Assembly: GCA_900315745.1 (NCBI GenBank)
Contig: ONAG01000003.1
Coordinates: 30,507-94,506, forward strand
Direction of reading: 5' to 3'
Source: an uncultured Prevotellaceae bacterium
GTDB lineage: Bacteria; Bacteroidota; Bacteroidia; Bacteroidales; Bacteroidaceae
DNA: 64,000 nt
In this document: positions 40,130-49,153 of the stretch, piece by piece
Layout of the letters: every line of letters begins with the position of its first letter
How positions within the stretch are numbered: the stretch's first letter is position 1
Notes under the pieces: model-generated
Database searches by the model: none
Seen by the model: the letters and a program-made list of their open reading frames with translations, nothing else
What the model was told of the DNA's origin: nothing
Position numbers and translations under genes: made by a program

Positions 40130-40137
40130 CAAAGTTA
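40130..40137 (-). promoter_or_regulatory. -7 promoter box for TPR gene
   Basis: TAACTTTGC on minus strand. Confidence 0.6.
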
Positions 40138-40315
40138 CGAAAAATCGAGAGCAGAACGAAAAAAACAAGATTATTTCTTATGCCGAGACGGAGTAAGTTA
40201 GACTTATTAGCCAAAGATATACGAAAAAATAGGAGCAACTTATCCAAAGAGCCAACAAAATGGCAACAAAAGCCAAAAAAACATCAAAATGTTTTTGCAA
40301 TTTGTAAAAAAGATG

Positions 40316-40323
40316 TAATTTTG
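40316..40323 (+). promoter_or_regulatory. -7 promoter box of aromatic amino acid operon
   Basis: TAATTTTG with TTTG at 40294-40297. Confidence 0.7.
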
Positions 40324-40351
40324 CAATCGAAAGCGATAGAGAAGCTACAAA

Positions 40352-40429
40352 ATGAAAGTTCAGAACGCATACTTTTACTACTATTTTTACTTTGCATGCC
40401 AATGCGAAGCGGGAAGTTGCGTTTTGTAA
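40352..40429 (+). CDS. Tyr/Phe-rich attenuator leader peptide MKVQNAYFYYYFYFACQCEAGSCVL
   Basis: Eight consecutive Tyr/Phe codons; sits between the promoter and a terminator upstream of pheA. Confidence 0.88.
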   Translation: MKVQNAYFYYYFYFACQCEAGSCVL

Positions 40430-40462
40430 ACGAACATAAGAAAGCAATCCAAAAACCATACC

Positions 40463-40495
40463 ATCCCGCTTCAGACAGAGGCGGGATTCTTTTTT
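40463..40495 (+). terminator. Attenuator terminator
   Basis: atcccgcttc / gaggcgggat stem then tctttttt; its 5' arm tcccgcttc is the exact complement of gaagcggga (40406-40414). Confidence 0.88.
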
Positions 40496-40503
40496 AAATA
40501 GAG

Positions 40504-41346
40504 ATGAAGAGAATAGCCATACAAGGGCGCATCGGTTCGTTCCACGACATAGCCGCCCACCTGTATTTCGAGGGAGAGCAAGTGCAACTGGTATGCTGCT
40601 CCACATTCGAGGAGGTATATGACAACATACGCCGCGACCCCACCATCATCGGTCTGACAGCCATTGAGAACACCATCGCGGGAAGTCTGTTGCACAACTA
40701 CGAGCTGCTGCGCGATTCAGGCACCACGGTAGTTGGCGAGCACAAGCTCCACATCCGACACTGCATCTGCTGCCTGCCAGAAGATGATTGGGACAGCATC
40801 GACGAGGTGCATTCCCACCCCGTGGCATTGATGCAATGCCGGCACTATCTCGCCAAGCACCCCGAGCTGAAGGCAGTGGAGACAGAAGACACCGCCGGAG
40901 CTGCAGAAGAGATAATGACAAAGCACCTGCGAGGAAAAGCCGCCATTTGCCATGCCACAGCAGCGAGGCAGCACGGCATGAAAGTGCTGGAAGATTCAAT
41001 AGAAGACAACAAGCACAACTTCACGAGATTCCTCGTCGTTTGCGACCCAAGAAAGGCAGACTTCCTCAGGCCACTTGAGAAATCCAACAAGGCAAGCATA
41101 GTATTCTCGCTGCCACATGAAGAAGGTTCGCTATCGAAAGTGCTAACCATTCTCTCGTTCTACAACATCAACATGACAAAGATACAATCGCTGCCAATCA
41201 TAGGGCACGAATGGGAATACCTATTCTACGTTGATGTCACCTACAACAACCTCACAAGATACAGGCAAAGCATTGACGCCATAATACCACTCACATCAGA
41301 ACTCAAAATATTAGGAGAATACGAAAATGGACGACAGACAAACTGA
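40504..41346 (+). CDS. pheA: Prephenate dehydratase
   Basis: AIENTIAG, SHPVALMQC, NFTRF, C-terminal ACT with NMTKIQSLP and YLFYVD. Confidence 0.95.
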   Translation: MKRIAIQGRIGSFHDIAAHLYFEGEQVQLVCCSTFEEVYDNIRRDPTIIGLTAIENTIAGSLLHNYELLRDSGTTVVGEHKLHIRHCICCLPEDDWDSIDEVHSHPVALMQCRHYLAKHPELKAVETEDTAGAAEEIMTKHLRGKAAICHATAARQHGMKVLEDSIEDNKHNFTRFLVVCDPRKADFLRPLEKSNKASIVFSLPHEEGSLSKVLTILSFYNINMTKIQSLPIIGHEWEYLFYVDVTYNNLTRYRQSIDAIIPLTSELKILGEYENGRQTN

Positions 41347-42505
41347 CATACGCCCGGCAGAACGGCTCAGCCTGGTACAAGAATACTACTTCAGCCGCAA
41401 GCTCAAGGAAGTGGCACGCCTAAATGCCGAAGGGCAGGACATCATCAGTCTTGCCATTGGCAGTCCCGACATGCCCCCATCACCCGCCACCATAGAACGC
41501 CTTTGCGACGTGGCACGACAAGGCGACGCCCACGGCTACCAGCCCACCATGGGCACTCCCGAACTACGAGAGGCGATGTCGCGCTTCTACAAAAGATGGT
41601 ATGGCGTCACCCTCGACCCAGGCAAAGAGGTGTTGCCGTTAATAGGGAGCAAGGAAGGCATATTGCACGTCACATTGGCTTTCGTCAACCCTGGTGACGG
41701 AGTGCTGGTGCCCAACCCGGGATATCCCACATACACATCACTAAGCCGCCTGCTTGGCGCACGCATCATAAACTACAACCTGCGTGAAGACAACGGTTGG
41801 CAACCCGACTTCGACGAATTGGAACAAATGGACCTTGACGGAGTAAAGCTCATGTGGACCAATTACCCCAACATGCCCACTGGTGGCAACGCAAGGATGG
41901 AAACATACGAGCGACTTGTTGACTTCGCAAGGAGGAAAGGCATTGTGGTGGTGAACGACAACCCCTACTCTTTCATTCTCAACGAAAAGCCAATATCACT
42001 GCTGCAAGTGGAAGGAGCAAAGGACTGCTGCATAGAGTTCAACTCGATGAGCAAGAGTCACAACATGCCAGGATGGCGCGTGGGACTGTGCGCCACCAAC
42101 GCAACCTTCATCTCGTGGATATTGAAAGTGAAAAGCAACATCGACAGCGGCACTTTCAGGGGCATACAACTGGCGGCGGCAGCTGCCTACGACAACGACG
42201 AAGCCTGGCACAAGGAAGCCAACATCGCCACATACTCAAGAAGGCGCTCGATAGCAGAAGAGATAATGGATGTCATGGGATGCACCTACGACCCCGCTCA
42301 AGTAGGCATGTTCCTCTGGGGGAAAATCCCCGACAGCTATCCCGATGCAGAGGAACTGACAGAGCGCGTGCTTCACGATGCAAGGGTGTTCATCACCCCC
42401 GGGTTCATCTTCGGTTCCAATGGCAGGAGATATGTACGCATCTCTCTCTGTGCAAAGGAAGAGAAAATGCGCCAGGCACTTGAAAGGATACGCCAGGCGC
42501 TATAG
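41327..42505 (+). CDS. PLP-dependent class I/II aminotransferase
   Basis: LAIGSPD, GSKEG, PNPGYPTY, NYPNMPTG, SMSKSHNMPGWRVG (PLP lysine). Confidence 0.92.
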   Translation: MDDRQTDIRPAERLSLVQEYYFSRKLKEVARLNAEGQDIISLAIGSPDMPPSPATIERLCDVARQGDAHGYQPTMGTPELREAMSRFYKRWYGVTLDPGKEVLPLIGSKEGILHVTLAFVNPGDGVLVPNPGYPTYTSLSRLLGARIINYNLREDNGWQPDFDELEQMDLDGVKLMWTNYPNMPTGGNARMETYERLVDFARRKGIVVVNDNPYSFILNEKPISLLQVEGAKDCCIEFNSMSKSHNMPGWRVGLCATNATFISWILKVKSNIDSGTFRGIQLAAAAAYDNDEAWHKEANIATYSRRRSIAEEIMDVMGCTYDPAQVGMFLWGKIPDSYPDAEELTERVLHDARVFITPGFIFGSNGRRYVRISLCAKEEKMRQALERIRQAL

Positions 42506-42611
42506 GAAGACAGAGGAAGACAGAGGAAGCAATAGGAAATCCTAGGAGGCCATAGGAAGCCCTAGGAAGCCCTAGGAAATCCTAGGAAATTCTAAGAAAT
42601 CCCAGGAAGCC
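42501..42611. repeat. About 11 copies of a 10-nt unit (CCTAGGAAGC family) with CCTAGG palindromes
   Basis: cctaggaggc cataggaagc cctaggaagc cctaggaaat cctaggaaat ... Confidence 0.85.
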
Positions 42612-42660
42612 CCCACGAGACAACCCCATCACGCAAACAAATATAAAAACACAGATATTT

Positions 42661-43728
42661 ATGGAACTTACACTCCAACCATTGAATTTGCCAAGTGACA
42701 ACGAACGCCCCATGGTGATTGCCGGCCCCTGCTCGGCAGAAACAGAGGAGCAAGTGATGACTACCGCCACCCAACTGGCTAAAAAAGGCTGCCACTCTTT
42801 CAGGGCAGGCGCATGGAAGCCACGCACCAAGCCAGGAGGTTTCGAGGGACATGGCGAAAAGGCCATGCCATGGCTCAAACGGGTGAAAGAGGAAACGGGG
42901 ATGCTTGTGGCAGTGGAAGTTGCGACCCCCGAGCACGTGGAGATAGCGCTCAAATACGACATCGACATCTTGTGGATTGGAGCACGCACATCTGCAAACC
43001 CCTTTGCTATGCAAGCCTTGGCAGATTCGATGAAAGGCATCAGCAACCCCGTATTGGTGAAGAACCCCGTCAATCCTGACCTTGAGCTGTGGATAGGTGC
43101 GCTGGAACGCATCAACCAGGCAGGCGTGCAACGCTTGGCAGCGGTTCATAGAGGATTCTCAAGCTACGACAAGAAAATATACCGCAACCTCCCCATGTGG
43201 CAAATACCCATCGAACTGCGCCGTAGGATACCCAACCTGCCCATCTTCTGCGACCCGAGCCACATAGGCGGCAGGCGCGAACTGGTGGCGCCACTCTGCC
43301 AGCAAGCCATGGACTTAGGATTCGACGGACTGCTCGTGGAGTCACACTGCGACCCCGACCAGGCATGGAGCGATGCCAAGCAACAGGTGACGCCCGACAT
43401 CCTCGACTACATCCTATCGCTGCTCGTGATACGCGATGAAAAAATGACCACTGAAGGCATACACGAGCTCAGAGGGCAGATAGACGAGTTAGACAACCAA
43501 CTGATGGAACTGCTTGCAAAGCGAATGAGAGTGTGCAGGGAAATAGGACAATATAAAAAGGAGCACAACATGACTGTGCTGCAACCCACACGATATGGGG
43601 AAATACTCGACAAGCGTGGGGCACAAGGCTCGCTCTGCGGCATGGACTCCGACTTCATCAGAAAGGTGTTCGAGAGCGTGCATGAGGAAAGCGTTAGACA
43701 GCAAATGGAAATAATAAACAAACAATAG
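42661..43728 (+). CDS. Bifunctional DAHP synthase (Ibeta) / chorismate mutase
   Basis: IAGPCSAE, KPRT, IGAR, CDPSH, ESH, SDAKQQ; C-terminal AroQ LRGQIDELD...KRM. Confidence 0.93.
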   Translation: MELTLQPLNLPSDNERPMVIAGPCSAETEEQVMTTATQLAKKGCHSFRAGAWKPRTKPGGFEGHGEKAMPWLKRVKEETGMLVAVEVATPEHVEIALKYDIDILWIGARTSANPFAMQALADSMKGISNPVLVKNPVNPDLELWIGALERINQAGVQRLAAVHRGFSSYDKKIYRNLPMWQIPIELRRRIPNLPIFCDPSHIGGRRELVAPLCQQAMDLGFDGLLVESHCDPDQAWSDAKQQVTPDILDYILSLLVIRDEKMTTEGIHELRGQIDELDNQLMELLAKRMRVCREIGQYKKEHNMTVLQPTRYGEILDKRGAQGSLCGMDSDFIRKVFESVHEESVRQQMEIINKQ

Positions 43729-43738
43729 TCAGCACAAG

Positions 43739-44527
43739 ATGAGAATATTAGTCATGGGAGCAGGCAAGATGGGAAGTTTTTTCCTCGACCTGCTTAGTTT
43801 CGAGCATGAGACGGCAGTATATGAAAAAGACCCGCGCCGCATGAGGTTCACATACAACACGCAACGGTTCACCACAACAAAAGAAATAGAGGAATTCAAG
43901 CCTGAGTTGGTAATCAATGCCGTGACAGTGAAATACACCATTCCTGCATTCGAAGAAGTGCTGCCCTACCTGCCATCCGACTGCATCATCAGCGACATTG
44001 CATCTGTGAAAACCGGGCTGAAGGAGTATTACGACCAATGCAACCACAGATATGTGTCAACACACCCCATGTTCGGCCCCACCTTCGCCAACCTGCAACA
44101 GTTGAGCGAAGAGAATGCCATCATCATCAGCGAGGGCGACTACATGGGCAGGATATTCTTCAAGGACCTGTACCAGCGATTAGGTCTTAACATCTACGAA
44201 TACACATTCGACGAACACGACCGCACCGTGGCATACTCGCTGAGCATACCCTTCGTGAGCACTTTTGTCTTTGCTGCTGTTATGAAGCATCAAGATGCTC
44301 CCGGCACCACCTTCAAGAGACACATGAAGATAGCAAAGGGAGTGTTGACAGAGGACGACTATCTATTGCAAGAGATACTATTCAATCCATACACCCACGA
44401 CCAGGTGTCGCAGATACGCACCGAGTTGAAAGAACTGCTTGAGATTATCGACAAGAAAGACGCCGACGGGATGAAGGGATACCTTGCCAAAATAAGAAAG
44501 AACGTGAAAAGGGACATAGAAGGATGA
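43739..44527 (+). CDS. tyrA: Prephenate dehydrogenase
   Basis: GAGKMG, DIASVK, THPMFGP, EHD. Confidence 0.92.
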   Translation: MRILVMGAGKMGSFFLDLLSFEHETAVYEKDPRRMRFTYNTQRFTTTKEIEEFKPELVINAVTVKYTIPAFEEVLPYLPSDCIISDIASVKTGLKEYYDQCNHRYVSTHPMFGPTFANLQQLSEENAIIISEGDYMGRIFFKDLYQRLGLNIYEYTFDEHDRTVAYSLSIPFVSTFVFAAVMKHQDAPGTTFKRHMKIAKGVLTEDDYLLQEILFNPYTHDQVSQIRTELKELLEIIDKKDADGMKGYLAKIRKNVKRDIEG

Positions 44528-44626
44528 TTATGTAGCTTTAATGATTACAAGAAACATTAAAAAAGAAAAAATAGTGGGAAAAAAAGAAAAAAGAAACTGA
44601 TTGCTTGCATATTCACTATTTTTTTA

Positions 44627-44634
44627 TACTTTTG
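44627..44634 (+). promoter_or_regulatory. -7 promoter box of cassette 1
   Basis: TACTTTTGCATC; places the real start at 44697. Confidence 0.7.
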
Positions 44635-44696
44635 CATCGCATTATATGTGCTATAAAGACAATCATGATGGTTTTTTAAATTTTACAAGTACAAAT

Positions 44697-45977
44697 ATGA
44701 GGAAAAAACTACTTTTCATCATGTTGGCGTTATTGGCTTGCTTTTCCAACGTCAATGCCGACCCAACCAACGACAGGATTACGATAAAGGATGTAACTGT
44801 CAAGCGAGGCCAACAAGCCCTTGTCACGATGAAATATGACATTACATACGACGATGACAACCAAAGGTATAGAGGATTCCAGATTCTCATGAGACTTCCC
44901 CAAGGCATAAAATTGGTCAACGACACTGTCTTTCCTGGCAAAGACCTAATACAGGCTGTACCTAAAGCTCACATCAAATGCAACACCAAAAGTAATGGAG
45001 AAACGGTAATCCTCGGTTTCCAAATTGACAATAAAGATTACCCACAAGGTCAAGGTGAACTGTTGAATTTTGTTATAGAAGCAGATGCAAGTGCCGATTT
45101 GGGAACATTAACTTGCACCACGACACATATAGAATTTTCAGAACATCCGAGTGGTAATGCTGTAATTTTGGATAACTCTTCTTTCAATATCAACGTAGTC
45201 GAATATGAGAGAAGGGTAATCGATGAAAACGATACTGATATCGCATTAGCCAGTGTGTGGCAAGAAGACATTGAGGTGAAGCGTTCGATAAAAGCAGGCA
45301 TTTGGTCCACACTTTGCTTGCCATTCCCCATGACTACCGCACAAGTCAAGGAAGTGTTTGGAGAAAATGTGCAATTGGCACAGTTCAAAAGCAACTCCAC
45401 AGAATACAAGCAAAGAGAACTTTCCAATGGAACCATCCGCGAAGATACAGTTTTTGTAATCAACTTTGAAAGCTGCAACCTTGCAGAGGGCATAATAGCG
45501 AACCATCCCTATATCATCAAGAGTGAGAATTCGTTTGAAAGCTTCAATGTGGATAACGTAATTGTTGAACCAGACGAAGAAGGGGCATTTATTGAATATG
45601 AGGAACAAATAGCCCCACGTCGCACAGAATGGCGTGGATCCATGTTTGGAATTCTCAATAAACAGGTTATACCAAACCATGCCCTCTACTTAAGCGACAA
45701 CAAGCTATATTCGTCAAATAACACGACCATGAAAGCTTTCAGATGTTGGCTTGAAATTAAAGGATGGGAAGCTATTTATTCCAACATCTCCAGCCTTACC
45801 TTTGCAGTTGACGGAGAGACCACAGGAATTGAGGGACTGACAGTGAACGGCAAGGAAATTGTGGATGGCAAGGTGTACACCTTGAGTGGAGCTTGTCTTG
45901 GCAATGCCCAAGACCTTCAAGGGAAACTACCTCGTGGAATCTATATCGTGAACAACAAGAAAGTGATTGTCAAATAA
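44697..45977 (+). CDS. Secreted protein: cohesin-like N-domain + Prevotella WSTLCLPF beta-domain + T9SS-like tail (paralogue 1)
   Basis: Signal peptide MRKKLLFIMLALLACFSNVNA; RGFQILMRLPQGI...GELLNFVIEA cohesin-like pattern; tail TTGIEG...VYTLSG...RGIYIVNNKKVIVK. Confidence 0.65.
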   Translation: MRKKLLFIMLALLACFSNVNADPTNDRITIKDVTVKRGQQALVTMKYDITYDDDNQRYRGFQILMRLPQGIKLVNDTVFPGKDLIQAVPKAHIKCNTKSNGETVILGFQIDNKDYPQGQGELLNFVIEADASADLGTLTCTTTHIEFSEHPSGNAVILDNSSFNINVVEYERRVIDENDTDIALASVWQEDIEVKRSIKAGIWSTLCLPFPMTTAQVKEVFGENVQLAQFKSNSTEYKQRELSNGTIREDTVFVINFESCNLAEGIIANHPYIIKSENSFESFNVDNVIVEPDEEGAFIEYEEQIAPRRTEWRGSMFGILNKQVIPNHALYLSDNKLYSSNNTTMKAFRCWLEIKGWEAIYSNISSLTFAVDGETTGIEGLTVNGKEIVDGKVYTLSGACLGNAQDLQGKLPRGIYIVNNKKVIVK

Positions 45978-45993
45978 ACAATACTAAAAAATC

Positions 45994-46194
45994 ATGACAA
46001 AATTGAAATATAAGGCTCCAGAGGCAGAGTTGATAGGTCTTTCCACATACGAGATTTGCATCATTTCATTTGATTTAAACGTGGGTGACTTACCATCAGA
46101 ATTCGGAGAATTCGGAGGTACAGACGATGGTACCCACAACCCAGATGCAAACAGATGGGATCATTTCGACAACAGTTTTGACTCCAAATTATAA
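45994..46194 (+). CDS. 66-aa small protein with N-terminal YxxP motif and acidic/Trp C-terminus
   Basis: MTKLKYKAPEAELIGL...ANRWD; 16 nt after the upstream stop, A-rich initiation region. Confidence 0.7.
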   Translation: MTKLKYKAPEAELIGLSTYEICIISFDLNVGDLPSEFGEFGGTDDGTHNPDANRWDHFDNSFDSKL

Positions 46195-46209
46195 AAATAA
46201 CATTAAATA

Positions 46210-46243
46210 GGCTTTCAAAAGGTGAAAAAACCTTTTGAAAGCC
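46210..46243. terminator. 14-bp hairpin closing cassette 1
   Basis: ggctttcaaaaggt / accttttgaaagcc. Confidence 0.75.
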
Positions 46244-46324
46244 TCCAAAACAAAAAAAAGGCAACAACCCCAAAAAAAAGAGAAAAAAAAAAGAAAATTT
46301 TATGTTGGTTTGAGATATTTTTCT

Positions 46325-46332
46325 TATATTTG
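46325..46332 (+). promoter_or_regulatory. -7 promoter box of cassette 2
   Basis: TATATTTGCACC. Confidence 0.7.
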
Positions 46333-46441
46333 CACCGTCGTATGAAAAACGGCAGCTACTTTCGCTACATATTCTTTTCTTATTTTAAGTAGAAACTGTA
46401 CACGGTCACGAGACAACATCATTTATTAACACATATCAGAT

Positions 46442-47704
46442 ATGAAACAGAAACTACTATTACTTGCAATGGGTCTTTTTGCTGCCATGGGCACAATTAA
46501 GGCCGACAACGTGTACTTCACGGTTGACAAAGTTGACGTGATGCAAGGCAAATCAGCCAAAGTCACAATGTGCTACAATGCAGATGGTCAAACAGAGTAC
46601 AAAGGAGCACAGGTGGAGTTCATCATGCCAGACGGACTTACTGTTACTTCTGCAGAATTAGGTGCTGCTGTGAAGGCCAACAACCCTGAGATGACTTTGC
46701 AATTCAACCCAAAGCGTGAAAGCGACGACCACGCCGTGTTCCTCGCATTCCAGATTGCTCTTACCCCAATGCCAATGGGTGAAGGTGTAGAACTCATGTC
46801 ATTCACCGTTCAGGCTGATGAGGATTGCCCACTTGGAGAATATCCAGTAGAGACTTTGAAGATTGAATTTGCTTCTGACAACAAGGCTACATTCGGCCCA
46901 GAGACAATCATTTTCAATGTGATTCCATACGCTGCAAGAGTTCTTGCTGACACCGAAACAGACGTTCCTGTTGCTTCTGAAGCTCCAGAAGATGTAATCG
47001 TACAACGTACAATCAAGGGTGACACATGGTCAACCATCTGCTTGCCATTCAGCTTGACAGCAGACCAACTGAAGGAAATCTTTGGTGAGACAGTACAATT
47101 GGCAGACTTCACCAGCACTGAATTTGTTGGCGATGCTCTTCAAGTTAACTTCGAACGCACAGACATCAATGAAGGTTTGGAAGCCAACCATCCATATTGT
47201 ATCTATTCAGAGAACCAGCTGAGTGAATTCACAGTAACCGACGTAATGGTTTCTCCAGACGAGGAAGCTGCAAGAATTGATGTTAACAATGGCAAGTCTG
47301 GAAGACAAAGAGTAGATTATGGTGTATTCTTCGGAACTCTGAAGGCTGGTCAATATACTCCTGACGAGGAAGGCCTTTGCTTACTCTATCTCAAGGACAA
47401 CATGTTCTACTACAATGAGACCTCCATCCAGATGAACGCTTATCGCGGATTCTTCGAGTTCTACGATTTCGACCCATCATTGGAGAACTACTACGGAACT
47501 GATGGTACAGACAAAGCCGTGAACAACGTGATCTTCGCTATTGATGGAGAAGCTACTGCTATCGAAGGCATCAACTTCAGCACTCGTGCAACAGGTGAAG
47601 TTTACAATTTGAATGGCATGTACATGGGTCGTGCAGAGGACGTGATGAACAGTCTCCCACGTGGTATCTATGTAATCAACAACAAGAAGGTAGTTGTAAA
47701 ATAA
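46442..47704 (+). CDS. Secreted protein: cohesin-like N-domain + WSTICLPF beta-domain + T9SS-like tail (paralogue 2)
   Basis: Signal peptide; KGAQVEFIMPDGL...ELMSFTVQA; aligns end to end with the 44697 product; tail RGIYVINNKKVVVK. Confidence 0.65.
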   Translation: MKQKLLLLAMGLFAAMGTIKADNVYFTVDKVDVMQGKSAKVTMCYNADGQTEYKGAQVEFIMPDGLTVTSAELGAAVKANNPEMTLQFNPKRESDDHAVFLAFQIALTPMPMGEGVELMSFTVQADEDCPLGEYPVETLKIEFASDNKATFGPETIIFNVIPYAARVLADTETDVPVASEAPEDVIVQRTIKGDTWSTICLPFSLTADQLKEIFGETVQLADFTSTEFVGDALQVNFERTDINEGLEANHPYCIYSENQLSEFTVTDVMVSPDEEAARIDVNNGKSGRQRVDYGVFFGTLKAGQYTPDEEGLCLLYLKDNMFYYNETSIQMNAYRGFFEFYDFDPSLENYYGTDGTDKAVNNVIFAIDGEATAIEGINFSTRATGEVYNLNGMYMGRAEDVMNSLPRGIYVINNKKVVVK

Positions 47705-47731
47705 TAAATAATAAAAAGAAAGGAAACAATT

Positions 47732-47914
47732 ATGAAGAAGACATATTTGAATCCCTCATGCAAGTACATTGAATTCAAGTCAGAAGGCATCATGAACGGA
47801 ACAAATCCTGCTGGTCCTGGTGGCGGTCCTGGTGCTGGTGGCCCTGGTGGTCCTGGTGACGGTGGTGGTGACATCAACCAGTTCAATGTATGGGGTGACG
47901 ACGAAGAAGAATAA
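47732..47914 (+). CDS. 60-aa small protein with YxxP motif, Gly/Pro-rich core and WGDDEEE end
   Basis: MKKTYLNPSCKYIEFKSEGIMNGT...FNVWGDDEEE; A-rich initiation region. Confidence 0.75.
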   Translation: MKKTYLNPSCKYIEFKSEGIMNGTNPAGPGGGPGAGGPGGPGDGGGDINQFNVWGDDEEE

Positions 47915-47933
47915 ACAACAACCCTTAATTATC

Positions 47934-47972
47934 AACCTCCCCTGCGGTTCTGCCGCTTGGGGAGGTTTTTTA
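47934..47972 (+). terminator. Intrinsic terminator closing cassette 2
   Basis: aacctcccc...ggggaggtt stem with inner gcgg/ccgc, followed by a T-run. Confidence 0.8.
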
Positions 47973-47998
47973 TTCCAAGACATGAAATAAGAATAAGC

Positions 47999-48949
47999 AT
48001 GTTCGCATTTGCACTCACCATTCTCTTCACCTTTGTGGAACTAAATTGCGAGAATTTCTTTGACTATTCACATGATGAAGGGAAAAATGACATGGAATAC
48101 CTGCCTAACTCCATCAGGAAATGGGACAAGGGCAAATACTGGCACAAGGTAAACCAAATAGCCCAAGAGATAATATCATGCGGAGGTGAGGGAACCGAAT
48201 GGACGCTACCCGACATGGTAGCCTTGACGGAGGTGGAGAACGACAGCGTATTAAACGACCTCACATGCCATGGTCCACTCCGCAATGCCGGCTACCACTA
48301 TGTGATGACCAATTCGGACGACGAACGTGGCATCGACGTCGCCCTGCTCTACTCCCCCTATTCCTTTCGTCTCATAGACAGCCATTCCCTGCGTGTAGCC
48401 CCACCCAAAGGACACCATGCCACCCGCGACATACTCCACGCCTATGGAGAATTGCTCTCCGGCGACACCCTCCACATTTTCGTAGTACACGCACCAAGTC
48501 GAGTAAATGGAAAACGTGCCACAAAACCATACCGCCTCAAGGTAGCCGACCGCATCTGTGAAGCTGTAGATTCAATACGAGCCACAGGAAGCAAGGGAAA
48601 CATCATCGTAGCTGGCGACTTCAACGACTATTCAGGCGATGAAGCCTTGCAGCGTCTGATTGCCCACGGCATGGCGCACCTATCAAAAGATGCAACAGGA
48701 AAGAACGGGGCACGAGGAACTTACAAGCATCAAGGCAAATGGGGCAGCCTCGACCACATCTTTGCAGATGTAAAAATGGCATCAAGAACGGTGTCGTGCG
48801 AGATACACGACGCTCCTTTCCTATTGGAGGATGACGAGAAATACGGAGGAGTGCAGCCACGCCGCACCTACATAGGCTATCGCTATCACCGTGGCTACAG
48901 CGACCACCTGCCCCTTGTAGCAAGATTGACATTAGACAAAAAACAATAG
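47999..48949 (+). CDS. Endonuclease/exonuclease/phosphatase family protein
   Basis: NCENFFD, LTEVEN, RGIDVALLY, HAPSR, AGDFND, LDHIF, YSDHLP. Confidence 0.9.
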   Translation: MFAFALTILFTFVELNCENFFDYSHDEGKNDMEYLPNSIRKWDKGKYWHKVNQIAQEIISCGGEGTEWTLPDMVALTEVENDSVLNDLTCHGPLRNAGYHYVMTNSDDERGIDVALLYSPYSFRLIDSHSLRVAPPKGHHATRDILHAYGELLSGDTLHIFVVHAPSRVNGKRATKPYRLKVADRICEAVDSIRATGSKGNIIVAGDFNDYSGDEALQRLIAHGMAHLSKDATGKNGARGTYKHQGKWGSLDHIFADVKMASRTVSCEIHDAPFLLEDDEKYGGVQPRRTYIGYRYHRGYSDHLPLVARLTLDKKQ

Positions 48950-49153
48950 GCAAAAAGTGCTAAAACCACAAAAATCTCGTTCCTTATCGCACATTCTAAA
49001 AAAAAATACCTATATTTGCATTTTGATAATAACAAAAGCGAATAAAAACAGAATAAAGATGGGATTTTTAAAATATGGCTTGTCATGACGAGCAGAAACC
49101 CATCATTTTTAAACTATCCGTGGTGAAGAACCACCTAAAGAAAACGACAAAAG

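Noticed and set aside
49058-49110. Hairpins upstream of ffh as SRP RNA or an autoregulatory element
   Set aside because: Lacks the SRP helix 8 consensus (CAGG...GGAAGGAAGCAG); pairings are short
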